Source of the DNA: Elusimicrobiota bacterium
GTDB taxonomy: Bacteria; Elusimicrobiota; Elusimicrobia; Elusimicrobiales; UBA9959
DNA length: 64,000 bases
Direction of reading: 5' to 3'
Assembly: GCA_029267355.1 (NCBI GenBank)
Contig: JAJUJA010000004.1
Span: 1,404-65,403 of the forward strand
The translations under genes and the position numbers were made by a program. Every line of letters starts with the position of its first letter. Position 1 is the stretch's first letter. Below, in pieces: positions 1 to 9,355 of the stretch. A model generated the notes under the pieces. The model had not been told where the DNA came from, did no database searches, and worked only from the letters and a program-made list of their open reading frames with translations.

Positions 1-2225
1 GAAGAAAACAATACAGGATTGAAGGAAACAGATGTTGAAAGCTGAAGTTCATAATTTTTCAGGCCGGAGCCGTCAATATCTGTAACGCTCTCAAATGAAA
101 AAGCGATATCTCCGTAATTGAGAAAAGCGCCATCCTGAGGGAATATGGAAAGCATAGCTGGAGCCGGCGGACTTGAAAGGTCCACGCCGAATGAAGGAGA
201 GTAATAGTCAACCCAATCGCCTCTATTGCCAAGCCCTGTTGCCGCAGCTCTCCACTTATATAAAGTACCTGATGTCAGCCCTGATACGGTTACGCTTGTT
301 GAAAGAGGAACACCAGAATAGGAAAAAGATAAACCTGTGCTCAAGGAAATGCCGTCAAAAGCCGAAGCTGCGGGCTTAAGCTCAACAACCATAGCCAGAT
401 TATCTGCGCTCATAGAACTTGAGAGAACCCCTTCAAATCGTACAGAACTTGAATTTATCCATTGCCCATTGCTTATCACAGCCCCTGAGGGCAGTTTCTG
501 AGATAAATTCTGCGGATTTTTAGGCGGCGGCACATACAAGTAATGAATATTGCCCAAAATGCTGAAAAAAGCCTGAGTCACAACTGAAACCGAAGCATTT
601 GTCGTAAAGGAATTTGTTGACCTGTAAATCTGAGACTTATTTTCATATAGTCTTGAGATATTGGTAGCCTCATTAACCGTTTTATGAGCTGTGATCAATG
701 GCAAGTTTCCGTTGAAGCTCATTGAAGAAGTAAAATCCTGAGTGGTTGTATTGCCATTGCTGTTTATATTTGCATATACATAAGCGCTGTTTATGGTTAT
801 AGAAGAGCCGTACTCGCTGAAAAATAAAGGCGATGTATAAGCATAAGAAGCCGCTGTGCCGAGAGTTGAATTGCCTGAATAAACCTTGTAGCTTGTATTG
901 TGCGAAAAGTCTTTCTGATAGGCGTATGTGGCGATAAGTTCCAACCCATGTGCGCCGGCATTCAACGGGACAGTTATCGTGGAACCTATGACAGCGCCGT
1001 TTGTCCAGCCGGCTATGGCGCCGGTAAGGGAGTGGAAAAACTCATAGCCGGATATTTGAGCGCCGCTTACCGCCTGAGCATAAGATTGCGAAGCCAGATT
1101 TGAGGCGCCTATATTTGAGGCAAGCGAAATATTGCCGGCCGTTGTGCTGTCATAAGAGCCAAGCACTCTCAGATAAACCTCCTTGAGAACAGGATTTTCT
1201 TCCTTTACTGTAAAAGGAACGGAAAAGTATCGGGATACAGCAGCATTTGAGGATATATAATGACCGAAATACATTGAAACTGTCTGAGTCCGCCATGCTG
1301 ATGCCGGCGAAAATTCATAAGTTATTACCGCCTCGCCGTTTAGAGCATTTACGGCATTTTGAGTATAGACTATATTTACCGTCTGAACCGTGCCTGTTGA
1401 AAAGCCCGGCACTATGGTAGATGAGGAAACATATCTGAAATAGTAGGAGTCAGCCAGACCTGAATCCAAAGTCATAGTCGGCTCATTAGCCCCGCCGCCG
1501 ATATTTAAGTAAATAGTCCCATCCGTTGTGCCGGGGCTTTGCCTGTAACCGCCTATTTCAAACCATTGCTGCTGAATTTTGAAATTTGAATCCTCCGCTA
1601 TGTCAGCCATGTATTGCATAGCTCTGGACCCTGCCGCCTGCTGCGTATTGAAAGCCGCTATTTTGCCTGCATAGTTTGAGTAAAGCGGAAATTTCACCGT
1701 TTTAACCTGCAGAGGGGACTGATCATCGTATTCATATGTTATGTAAAGCTTCATTGTATGAGAATTGCTTGTTGGCCCCGTAATCCTTATTCCGGAGGCA
1801 AAATTAAGGCCGGAAGAAAGACCGGCCGATTGGGATTGTAGAACTGAAGTAACATCAGCCATCGCGGTTAAAACTATTGACTCTCCGGTATTTGCCGTGT
1901 ATTGGCCTGAAGTAAATCGGGCAGTTGAAGGGACGGCTCCGGCGTCAAAGTAAATTACCAGAGGATTTATGTTTGCCGCGCTGGCTGTAAGCCCTCTGTA
2001 TTCAAGCCAGGCGCTCTTTATAGTTTTTCCGTTTTCCGGCAACTTTATAAATCTTGCGGGGAAATTATATTGCGTTCCGCTGGCCAGATCTGTACCTGTA
2101 TAATAGCCGCCGAAATTGTATTCAACAGTCTTTACTCTCATCTCAGCCGAAAGGTTTCCGGCAAAAATAAAAGCTGCGGCTGCCATAAGCGCCTTGCTCT
2201 TAAACTTGGCCGGGATATTTGCCAT
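1..2225 (-). CDS. Large secreted surface/adhesin-like protein, N-terminal 741 codons; the gene continues past the left edge
   Basis: Absent from the ORF track because no stop lies in the window. My minus-strand translation from ATG 2225 (MANIPAKFKSKALMAAAAFIFAGNLSAEMRVKTVEYNFGGYYTG...) stays open to base 3. It has a signal-peptide-like N-terminus and S/T/N/G/Y-rich beta-type composition. FN3-like segments lie near the window edge (..VSGLTSGTLYKWRAAATGLGNRGDWVDY.. and ..PPAPAMLSIFPQDGAFLNYGDIAFSFESVTDIDGSGLKNYELQLS..). The ATG is 2 nt after the stop of the Rrf2 gene. Confidence 0.75.
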   Translation of the reverse strand, partial: MANIPAKFKSKALMAAAAFIFAGNLSAEMRVKTVEYNFGGYYTGTDLASGTQYNFPARFIKLPENGKTIKSAWLEYRGLTASAANINPLVIYFDAGAVPSTARFTSGQYTANTGESIVLTAMADVTSVLQSQSAGLSSGLNFASGIRITGPTSNSHTMKLYITYEYDDQSPLQVKTVKFPLYSNYAGKIAAFNTQQAAGSRAMQYMADIAEDSNFKIQQQWFEIGGYRQSPGTTDGTIYLNIGGGANEPTMTLDSGLADSYYFRYVSSSTIVPGFSTGTVQTVNIVYTQNAVNALNGEAVITYEFSPASAWRTQTVSMYFGHYISSNAAVSRYFSVPFTVKEENPVLKEVYLRVLGSYDSTTAGNISLASNIGASNLASQSYAQAVSGAQISGYEFFHSLTGAIAGWTNGAVIGSTITVPLNAGAHGLELIATYAYQKDFSHNTSYKVYSGNSTLGTAASYAYTSPLFFSEYGSSITINSAYVYANINSNGNTTTQDFTSSMSFNGNLPLITAHKTVNEATNISRLYENKSQIYRSTNSFTTNASVSVVTQAFFSILGNIHYLYVPPPKNPQNLSQKLPSGAVISNGQWINSSSVRFEGVLSSSMSADNLAMVVELKPAASAFDGISLSTGLSFSYSGVPLSTSVTVSGLTSGTLYKWRAAATGLGNRGDWVDYYSPSFGVDLSSPPAPAMLSIFPQDGAFLNYGDIAFSFESVTDIDGSGLKNYELQLSTSVSFNPVLFS

Positions 2226-2227
2226 GG

Positions 2228-2629
2228 CTAATTTTTCCCCTCTTTTCCCTTTTCTTTTTCTTTCATTACATCCACTATATCCTTTACAGTCAAACCTACA
2301 AGCCACTTATTAACCTGATCCTGCAAAGTGCAGTAAAGCTTTATGGACAATTCCTTTTTTTCGCTTTCAGGCGCGCCATTGAATGTAAAGGCCTCCATAA
2401 GCTGCCAGACATTTATCTCTTCCAGGTCTTTAAGAAGACGGTAGCCTTTGCCTTTTTGAGACTCAACCAGGCCGGCATGCACCAAGGCCTGCATAACTTT
2501 ATTGCAGTATGCGCAGGGCAGACCCTGAAATTTTGAAATATCCTTTATCTCTGTCCATTCTCCGTGATTATGCTCTCCAAGATAATGCAGACAAACCAAA
2601 CCATATGCAAGAGTTCTGTTGAGTTTCAT
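2228..2629 (-). CDS. Rrf2/BadM-family winged-helix transcriptional regulator
   Basis: ORF track 2228..2650. MKLNRTLAYGLVCLHYL.. and ..HAGLVESQKGKGYRL fit the Rrf2 wHTH pattern. I prefer ATG 2629 (GAAAGGAAAAT-ATG Shine-Dalgarno) over the TTG at 2650. No three-Cys Fe-S motif is evident. Confidence 0.8.
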   Translation of the reverse strand: MKLNRTLAYGLVCLHYLGEHNHGEWTEIKDISKFQGLPCAYCNKVMQALVHAGLVESQKGKGYRLLKDLEEINVWQLMEAFTFNGAPESEKKELSIKLYCTLQDQVNKWLVGLTVKDIVDVMKEKEKGKEGKN

Positions 2630-2640
2630 ATTTTCCTTTC

Positions 2641-2663
2641 CATCGGACAATTTTTATCCGATG
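2641..2663. promoter_or_regulatory. Perfect 7+7 inverted repeat CATCGGA-N9-TCCGATG immediately upstream of the Rrf2 start; candidate autoregulatory operator
   Basis: Read directly: catcgga caattttta tccgatg. It lies 12 nt upstream of ATG 2629. Rrf2 regulators bind inverted repeats. Confidence 0.4.
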
Positions 2664-2670
2664 AGTTCTT

Positions 2671-2694
2671 AAAAAACAAGGCGCCAAAGCGCCT
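2671..2694 (-). terminator. Rho-independent terminator after the methyltransferase gene
   Basis: The minus-strand RNA reads AGGCGC-UUUG-GCGCCU followed by UGUUUUUU. Confidence 0.7.
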
Positions 2695-2752
2695 GATATA
2701 ATATCATAACAGATAATTGCTAATTGTCAATGCTAACAGGGTTACAGTAAAA

Positions 2753-3421
2753 TCATCTCTTAATCGCCTTAAGCATATATTGTCCGCCCAGAGGCAGTGT
2801 GCGCAGGAATTTTTCAAGGAAAGAAATCTTAAGGGCCGGCGGAAAGTAGAGATAGTATTTGACGGAAAAATCATTGAAGCCGGCTGCTTTAGCCGTATTT
2901 TTCATCTCACCGGGGCTTAAGAGGACGGCATCCTCATCATAAGGGCATCTTTCCACAAGTTTTCTTGTGACAGGGTTTAAGGGATTATGCTCAAAAACAA
3001 AAAATTCCCCGCCGCTTATGAGCGATGAGAAAATATCATTTGTGGCTTTCTGGCGCTCATCTACCGGTATATGATGATAAACGACGGAACAAAAAACAAG
3101 GTCAAAAAAATTCTCAAAACCTTTAAATTCCCTTATTACTTTGGCATAAGGATGTTTCTGTTCCAGATAATCCAGAGATTTTTGAGACACATCATAAGCG
3201 TAAATTTCGCTTTCCGGATAGGCATTTTTAATAAAAGGAATATTCCTGCCTATTCCGGCCCCGAATTCAAGTATCCTTTTTGGATTTTTTGAAGAGTATT
3301 GTTTTATTAGATCTGCTTTATATCTGCAGAAATATGAATCGTCCTTTGAAAAAAAAGAAAGATTTTTGTTAAGAAGTTCGTCGTATTCCTTTACATACTC
3401 GTCAAAATCAACCTTGGACAT
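2753..3421 (-). CDS. Class I SAM-dependent methyltransferase
   Basis: Motif I ILEFGAGIGRN, followed by YAYDVS and FDLVFCSVVYHHIP (post-I/II/III pattern). Confidence 0.8.
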   Translation of the reverse strand: MSKVDFDEYVKEYDELLNKNLSFFSKDDSYFCRYKADLIKQYSSKNPKRILEFGAGIGRNIPFIKNAYPESEIYAYDVSQKSLDYLEQKHPYAKVIREFKGFENFFDLVFCSVVYHHIPVDERQKATNDIFSSLISGGEFFVFEHNPLNPVTRKLVERCPYDEDAVLLSPGEMKNTAKAAGFNDFSVKYYLYFPPALKISFLEKFLRTLPLGGQYMLKAIKR

Positions 3422-3521
3422 CCTTTAATTTTACAAAATTATGCCGCCGGAACTCATAAAATAATATAATTTATCTGTAACGCTGCTCTTCCCTGAAAAA
3501 TTTAAGCCGAAAGGAGACAAT

Positions 3522-4592
3522 ATGGACAGAACCTCTTTAATGACAGGCATAGAAAAAAACTGGGAGAAATTTTTATCCATGCCGGTTTCTGAAAAACTTC
3601 CCTTTTTTTCCAGAGACTCAAAAATATACGATTGTCTTTTCGCCCAGCAGTTTGACAGAGCTTCGCTGTCGCATATATTCTCTGTGGCGGACACTCTCAG
3701 GACCATAACAAAGAATAAAGAAGGCATGGATTTCGCCGGCTCTCTTCTAAGCCATAAAAGGGCCATGCTTTACTTTGTACAGCCCTCAACAAGGACCTTC
3801 CTGTCATTTTTAAACGCCTGCCATATACTAGGCATAAAAACGGGCGAGATAAGAGATACAAGCACCTCCTCGGAGCTCAAGGGCGAAACGCCGGAAGACA
3901 CGGTAAGAACTTTTTCAAGTTATGTTGATATGATAATAATGAGGCATCCCACCCCCAATTTTGTGGAAAAAACAGCCTGGCTTATGAACAGAACCAACAG
4001 GCCGGTGCCTGTGATAAACGGCGGCTCCGGCAAGGACCAGCATCCGACTCAGGCGCTTCTTGACGTATACACTCTCCATAAAAGCTTTTCAGGCGAGATA
4101 GACAATAAAACCATAGCCATGGTAGGCGACTTGAAAAGAGGCAGAACGGTGCGCTCTTTAAGCTATTTGATGAAGAACTACAAAAACATTAAGCTTATAT
4201 TTATATCCCCAAAAGAATTCGCCATGGAAAAAGATATCCTTGATTTCCTTAAAAAGCACAATATTCCCTTTTATGAAACGGACAATTTCCGCGAAGGCAT
4301 AGCGCAGGCAGACGCCGTATATATGACAAGGATACAGGATGAGCATGACAAAAACAAAGAATCGGCCGGGGTGGACATATCCTCATTTGAATTTAAGACC
4401 GAGCATCTCAATATCATAAAGAAAAATGCCGTGATAATGCATCCTCTCCCAAGGCGAAGCGAGATAGACCCGCTTGTTGACGAAGACCCGAGGGCAGTAT
4501 ACTGGCGGCAGGAAAGAAACGGCATGTGGGCCAGAGCGGCTTTGATATCGCATATATTTTCCGTTGACGGCCAAATACTGAAGCATAAATGA
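3522..4592 (+). CDS. pyrB: Aspartate carbamoyltransferase catalytic chain (ATCase/OTCase superfamily)
   Basis: Motifs PSTRTFLSF, MRHP, HPTQALLD, GDLKRGRTVRSL, MTRIQDE and MHPLPR. AAAGGAG SD precedes ATG 3522. About 35 aa of N-terminal extension relative to typical PyrB. Confidence 0.8.
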   Translation: MDRTSLMTGIEKNWEKFLSMPVSEKLPFFSRDSKIYDCLFAQQFDRASLSHIFSVADTLRTITKNKEGMDFAGSLLSHKRAMLYFVQPSTRTFLSFLNACHILGIKTGEIRDTSTSSELKGETPEDTVRTFSSYVDMIIMRHPTPNFVEKTAWLMNRTNRPVPVINGGSGKDQHPTQALLDVYTLHKSFSGEIDNKTIAMVGDLKRGRTVRSLSYLMKNYKNIKLIFISPKEFAMEKDILDFLKKHNIPFYETDNFREGIAQADAVYMTRIQDEHDKNKESAGVDISSFEFKTEHLNIIKKNAVIMHPLPRRSEIDPLVDEDPRAVYWRQERNGMWARAALISHIFSVDGQILKHK

Positions 4593-6349
4593 TCTCTGCA
4601 AAAAGGTTTTTTTTGTTTTTCTCCGCAGGACTTTTGCTTGGGCTTCCTTTTTTTCTTTTCGGAATGAACAATCCGGATATTTTCTGGCATTTATCAGCTG
4701 GGAAATATATCCTTGAGAATTTTTCCGTTCCTAAAAGCGACTTTTTGTCATGGACATTGAACGGCTCATACTGGGCAGACTTTGAGTGGCTGACTCAGGC
4801 GCTGTATTATTTTCTCTATTCGCATTTTCAAATAGAATCGCTTTATTTTCTTAAGATAGCTTTAATATCAGCTTCGCTTTTCGTCTTTTCGCTGATAGTC
4901 ATTAAAAAAGGTGTAAATGAAAAACATCTCCTGTGGCTTCTGCCTCTTCTTTGCGCCTCAATTCTGACTTCAAGCGATGTCAGGCCTGAAAACTTTTCAG
5001 TTCTGTTTTTTTTGATTCTCTGGCTTAAAACGCAGGATACGGCCGAAAGTCCGCTTAAACTGAAAAGTTTAATTTTCTTTTTGGCTTTCTTTTCCCTGTG
5101 GACAAATTTGCACGGCGGATTCATATACGGACTTATCCTTCTTTTTTTCAGATTTTCAGGGTCTTTGCTGGGTGAAAATCTGGATTTTTCGGCGGGCAGG
5201 GCTTCTTTCAAATTTGAGGCCTCAAAAAAGTTTCTTTTTGCTTTGGCGGCAGCCATGGCCGGAACGCTTTTAAACCCTTACGGCTTTAAAATTTACTCAG
5301 TAATGAGCAGCCATTTCGCTCATTCGGCCGATTATGCTCAGCTTCTTCTGGAATGGCGGGATTTTGACATAACCGTGCCTTACTTCAGGCCTTTTTCTTT
5401 CATTCTGCTGGTTTTCCCTCCTGTATATCTTTGGCATTTCCTGAAAAACAGGAAAATTGATTTCTTTGAGCTATTTATGTCGGTTTTCTTCATCTTTTCG
5501 GCGCTTTTCCATCTCAGAAATCTGGTATTTGCCTCTTTCATTATGCTCATTGTATCGGCGGATTTTATAAAAAGCCTGAACAAATTAAGTCATTTCATGG
5601 TTATTTCTTTTTTCTTTGTTTTTTCTCTGACTCTTCACTTTTTTTCATATCCTGCCAAAGATTATGCTCAGTTTAAAATAGCCGATTTTTATTTCTCTTC
5701 GCCCGGGCTTGTGAAATTCCTTAAAGAAAATGAAAAGGAACTGTCGGGATTGAAAATGTATAATTCCTGGGCCTGGGGCGGCTATCTGGGCTTTAATCTT
5801 TATCCTTCCTATAAGGTATTCATTGACGGAAGATATATTTTCAGCCCCATGCTTTACGAATTTGCCGCGGCCAGAGAATCCGTTCAGCTATGGCGTCAGG
5901 TGCTGAAAAAATATGATTTTTCTCTTGTAATATCTCCCCCGTCGTCTCAGAGAATCACGGTAAGGAAAAACCTTAAGAACGGCTCGGACTATGCCGTCAA
6001 TATGCCGCTTTATCAGCTTCAATTGCCCAAAGAAGACTGGGCGATAGTTTATTTTGACAAGAAAAATTTTGCAGCGGTAAAAAGAAAGGCCGTACCGGCA
6101 TTATGGCTTAAAAGGAAAGAGTATAAGTTTATTGCGCCAAACGCTCTTGATAATCTGGACTATCCCGTATATGCCGGGGAAATATCTCTAAAAGAAATTG
6201 AAAAGGAAATAGTAAAATACTCTCTTGAAAATCCGCCAGGGGATGAAAACTCCATGGCTGTAGAGCTTTTAAACTGGTATAAATCGCTTAAGGTAAAAGG
6301 CAGAAAAAATGCTGAAAAAACATCCTCTCTATCTCTTTGCAGATTTTAG
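4589..6349 (+). CDS. Polytopic integral membrane protein with a C-terminal soluble domain; possibly a GT-C-type glycosyltransferase
   Basis: About 12 or more hydrophobic segments. A conserved-looking first loop reads FWHLSAGKYILEN..DFLSWT..WADFEWLTQ. 4-nt ATGA overlap with the pyrB stop. Function is inferred only. Confidence 0.5.
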   Translation: MISAKRFFLFFSAGLLLGLPFFLFGMNNPDIFWHLSAGKYILENFSVPKSDFLSWTLNGSYWADFEWLTQALYYFLYSHFQIESLYFLKIALISASLFVFSLIVIKKGVNEKHLLWLLPLLCASILTSSDVRPENFSVLFFLILWLKTQDTAESPLKLKSLIFFLAFFSLWTNLHGGFIYGLILLFFRFSGSLLGENLDFSAGRASFKFEASKKFLFALAAAMAGTLLNPYGFKIYSVMSSHFAHSADYAQLLLEWRDFDITVPYFRPFSFILLVFPPVYLWHFLKNRKIDFFELFMSVFFIFSALFHLRNLVFASFIMLIVSADFIKSLNKLSHFMVISFFFVFSLTLHFFSYPAKDYAQFKIADFYFSSPGLVKFLKENEKELSGLKMYNSWAWGGYLGFNLYPSYKVFIDGRYIFSPMLYEFAAARESVQLWRQVLKKYDFSLVISPPSSQRITVRKNLKNGSDYAVNMPLYQLQLPKEDWAIVYFDKKNFAAVKRKAVPALWLKRKEYKFIAPNALDNLDYPVYAGEISLKEIEKEIVKYSLENPPGDENSMAVELLNWYKSLKVKGRKNAEKTSSLSLCRF

Positions 6350-7520
6350 AAAACTTTTCGCCGGGCGGCTTGTTTCGGCGATAGGCGATAAATTTTTCCA
6401 GATAGCTCTTATCTGGTGGGCGCTTGGCGGAACAGAAGGCGGCAAATCAAGGGCCGGGCTTCTTATGGCGGCGGCATTCGCACCCATAGTATTATTCGGC
6501 CCCTTTATGGGCGCTTTGGCAGACAGATATGACAGAAAGAAAACGATGCTGGCCGCCGATTTCTTCAGGGCGCTTTTTGCTTCAATCCTTTTTCTTCTGC
6601 TTTTTTTTGAAATGCTCAATTTCCCTCTTGCTCTGCTTCTGGTATTTTGCGTTTCATCCTTTGCGCCCCTTTTTGAAAGCTCCGCGGCCGGCGCGCTTGT
6701 AAAACTTACTTCAAAGGAGACACTTTCAGCGGCAACAGCCGTTGACGCTTCTTCCTCACAGATATCATCTTTGATAGGTGCCGCGGCCGGCGCTGTCACT
6801 TTAGGCCTTATCGGCGTAAAGGGGGCTTTCCTTGCAAATGCCGCGGCCTATATGATTTCCTTTTCAATGATCTTTTTCATTAAGACTTCTCTTGAACCGC
6901 AAGGGACTCAGAATAGCGGTCATGCCGCAGCTCTTAAAGAAGGCTTTAACTATCTTAAGGGTGAAAAGGAAATTTTCTATCTTGTCGTTTTTTTCGCTTT
7001 TCTTAATTTCTTTGCCTCGCCAATTTTCGTGCTTATACCTATGATAGTTAAGTTCGTCCTTTCAGCCGACATAAAATGGCTGGCGATTTTTGAGGCGCTC
7101 TTTGCCGCCGGAATGATGTCGGTTTCAGCGGCTTTGGGATTCAGAGAAAGATATGAAAAGCCCTCACTTATTCTTTCATTCTCAATTTTAACTGCTGGAC
7201 TGTTTTTTATGGCGCTTGCCTTCTCAAAAGACAGATATATCTCTCTTGTATTTTTAACTTTGCTCGGCGCCGCCCTGAGTCTGGGCAATGTGGTGATACT
7301 TGCTCATTTTCAGAACAAGGTAGCGGATGAATTCAAGGGAAGATTTTTTTCTCTTATAACCGCTATCTCTTTCGCTATTATGCCCGCTTCTTTCGCCTTC
7401 AACGGTTTTGCGGCGGAAAAAATATCCGTTGAAAAAACCATCATGTTAAATGCCGCGGTTATGATATTAATTTCGGCGGCGCCTGTTCTTATAAACAGGA
7501 TGTTCAGGACCAGGAACTGA
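6309..7520 (+). CDS. MFS transporter (MFS_3/EntS-like type)
   Basis: FRKLFAGRLVSAIGDKFFQIALIWW and GALADRYDRKK motifs; 12-TM-like hydrophobicity. Confidence 0.8.
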   Translation: MLKKHPLYLFADFRKLFAGRLVSAIGDKFFQIALIWWALGGTEGGKSRAGLLMAAAFAPIVLFGPFMGALADRYDRKKTMLAADFFRALFASILFLLLFFEMLNFPLALLLVFCVSSFAPLFESSAAGALVKLTSKETLSAATAVDASSSQISSLIGAAAGAVTLGLIGVKGAFLANAAAYMISFSMIFFIKTSLEPQGTQNSGHAAALKEGFNYLKGEKEIFYLVVFFAFLNFFASPIFVLIPMIVKFVLSADIKWLAIFEALFAAGMMSVSAALGFRERYEKPSLILSFSILTAGLFFMALAFSKDRYISLVFLTLLGAALSLGNVVILAHFQNKVADEFKGRFFSLITAISFAIMPASFAFNGFAAEKISVEKTIMLNAAVMILISAAPVLINRMFRTRN

Positions 7521-7528
7521 CTATAAAA

Positions 7529-8527
7529 TTATTTTCCCCAGTTTCTCAGCGGCGCCGTAATAGGCTCATATTTTTCAAGCAAATTTCGGCCGTCAAAAGA
7601 ACCGCTATAGCTTAAATTTGCGTCTCCATGCCTGAAAGCCCTTTTATAGGCGACCGAGCTCATACCGAAGCTGACTTTGGAACCAATCTGCGAATAGGCG
7701 ATCTTGAAATATCCCTTTTCACCCCAATTCTCGCCCCAGCTGTTTTTGACTATGAAATAGCCTCCGTCTTCATCATTATATCCAACCAGAAAAACAGCAT
7801 GACCGCCGAGTTTTTTGCCTTCAACATAGGAGTATATTCCTGATTTATAATGCATAAAATCTTCATAAACCATCATGGCCGTGGGCAGAGGTCCGTACTT
7901 GTTCAAAGCCGCCTTGAGAGAATCGGCGTTCTGAGATACCGAGCCGTAGGAATAAATTTTATAGGCATTTTCCTGCCAGCCGGGCTGAGCTATTGAGCAG
8001 GCGGAATCTGAGGCATTATAGGGATAAAAACTTTCCGCCGGCAGGCCGGTCTTTTTAATATAGGACGGATTTATATATCCGCCCTTGCATGAGCCCGTGC
8101 CGCTGCAGGAAAGCATCACCTGTTCAGAAAGGTCCAAATCGGTATTAGGCATATTTTTGTCTATTAGAGTATAAGACTCCAAAGCGGCCGTCATGGCAAA
8201 GGCCCAGCAAGAACCGCATTTGCCCTGATTTCTTATGCCGGTAACATAACTTGCGCCGCCGATATTCCGCCAGTCTAGAGAGGAAGGCAAATCTTTCAAA
8301 TCAAGCCCGTCCATAAGGGGCGCTTCCAAAGGCCTGAAATCAAAGCCGACCCTGTATAATCTTTCTTCGTCTGACAAAAAAGACAGTTCCGTCTCGCCGG
8401 CTATCCATTTGGCGCCCTGCGCGTCTATTTTATTCTGAAGCTCTTTTATCCTGTCTTTGATATTCTCCTGGGCATTGGCCATTGAAAAAGCCAGAGCCAG
8501 AATGCTTATAACTTTCAATCTCTTCAT
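7529..8527 (-). CDS. Secreted papain-family (C1A) cysteine peptidase
   Basis: Signal peptide MKRLKVISILALAFSMANA. Catalytic Cys motif QGKCGSCWAFA, His GGHAVFLVGY, and Asn/Trp NSWGENWGEKGY. Confidence 0.85.
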   Translation of the reverse strand: MKRLKVISILALAFSMANAQENIKDRIKELQNKIDAQGAKWIAGETELSFLSDEERLYRVGFDFRPLEAPLMDGLDLKDLPSSLDWRNIGGASYVTGIRNQGKCGSCWAFAMTAALESYTLIDKNMPNTDLDLSEQVMLSCSGTGSCKGGYINPSYIKKTGLPAESFYPYNASDSACSIAQPGWQENAYKIYSYGSVSQNADSLKAALNKYGPLPTAMMVYEDFMHYKSGIYSYVEGKKLGGHAVFLVGYNDEDGGYFIVKNSWGENWGEKGYFKIAYSQIGSKVSFGMSSVAYKRAFRHGDANLSYSGSFDGRNLLEKYEPITAPLRNWGK

Positions 8528-8596
8528 ATTGTCTCCCTGTTTCTCAGATTTTATAACTTTATACCTGTTAAAAACAATGAAATAAGCGCGTTCGGG

Positions 8597-9349
8597 TCAA
8601 ATCGGGTTTTTTGAATCGTAAAAAAATGTTTTCAACTTAAATTTTTCGGCAATCATCTTTTCAAGGGCTTTTACCCCGAATTTTTCAGTGGCATAATGGC
8701 CGGCAGCCGCAAAATGAATTTTCTCTTCCCGCGCCGTTTCATAACATTGTTCGCTGGCCTCGCCGGTTATATATAAATCGCTTTTCTCCCTGACGGCCTG
8801 AGAAAACATCCCCTGTCCGCCGCCGCTTATCACCGCTATTCTTTTTATTTTTTCCGGTCCGAAAGGCAGGATTAAGGCTTTAGGATTTATTTTTTCCCTT
8901 ATTATCCTGAAAACTTTTTCACTCAAAAGGCCTTTTTTAAACTCTGCCTTGAATCCTATCATATTCTTTCTGTATTCGCCGAAAGGCTCAATTTTGGAAA
9001 CTGGAAAAAGCTTTACTATGTTTATATTATTGCCAAGTTTTTTATGAGCGTCTAAAGGCAGATGCCAGGCAAAAAAGTTTATGCCGTTTTCAAGAAGCAG
9101 CTTTATTTTTTTTGCATAAGAGCCAGTAATTCTCTGTTCTTTGCCCCATAAAAGCCCGTGATGAACTATTACGGCATCTGCTTTAAGCTCAACCGCTTTC
9201 TTTATAAGCTCCAAAGAAGCCGAAACTGAAAATAGGACAGATTTTATTTCTTTCCTGCCTTCAACTTGAAGACCGTTTTGAGAATCATCTTCAAACTTTT
9301 CGCTTGCCAGTTCCTTATTCAAAAAATCAAGCAGTTTTTCTCTGTCCAT
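8597..9349 (-). CDS. Nif3-like dinuclear metal-centre protein (YbgI/GTP cyclohydrolase 1 type 2 homologue)
   Basis: DDSQNGLQVEG.., VIVHHGLLW and ..HLPLDAH.. give a pattern typical of the NIF3 family. Confidence 0.8.
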   Translation of the reverse strand: MDREKLLDFLNKELASEKFEDDSQNGLQVEGRKEIKSVLFSVSASLELIKKAVELKADAVIVHHGLLWGKEQRITGSYAKKIKLLLENGINFFAWHLPLDAHKKLGNNINIVKLFPVSKIEPFGEYRKNMIGFKAEFKKGLLSEKVFRIIREKINPKALILPFGPEKIKRIAVISGGGQGMFSQAVREKSDLYITGEASEQCYETAREEKIHFAAAGHYATEKFGVKALEKMIAEKFKLKTFFYDSKNPI

Positions 9350-9355
9350 AATGCC

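Noticed and set aside
3431-3766. 111-aa minus-strand ORF spanning the methyltransferase/pyrB intergenic region
   Set aside because: It overlaps the pyrB 5' end antisense and has no motif or SD. The region is better explained as a divergent promoter region plus pyrB.
3522-4592. Possibility that the carbamoyltransferase is a novel-specificity paralogue (STRTF instead of STRTR, N-terminal extension, coupling to a membrane protein gene)
   Set aside because: The carbamoyl-phosphate and aspartate-binding motifs that define ATCase are all present (STRT, RHP, HPTQ, TRIQ, HPLPR). The Arg to Phe change is outside the residues I know to be essential. The evidence is insufficient to claim new chemistry.
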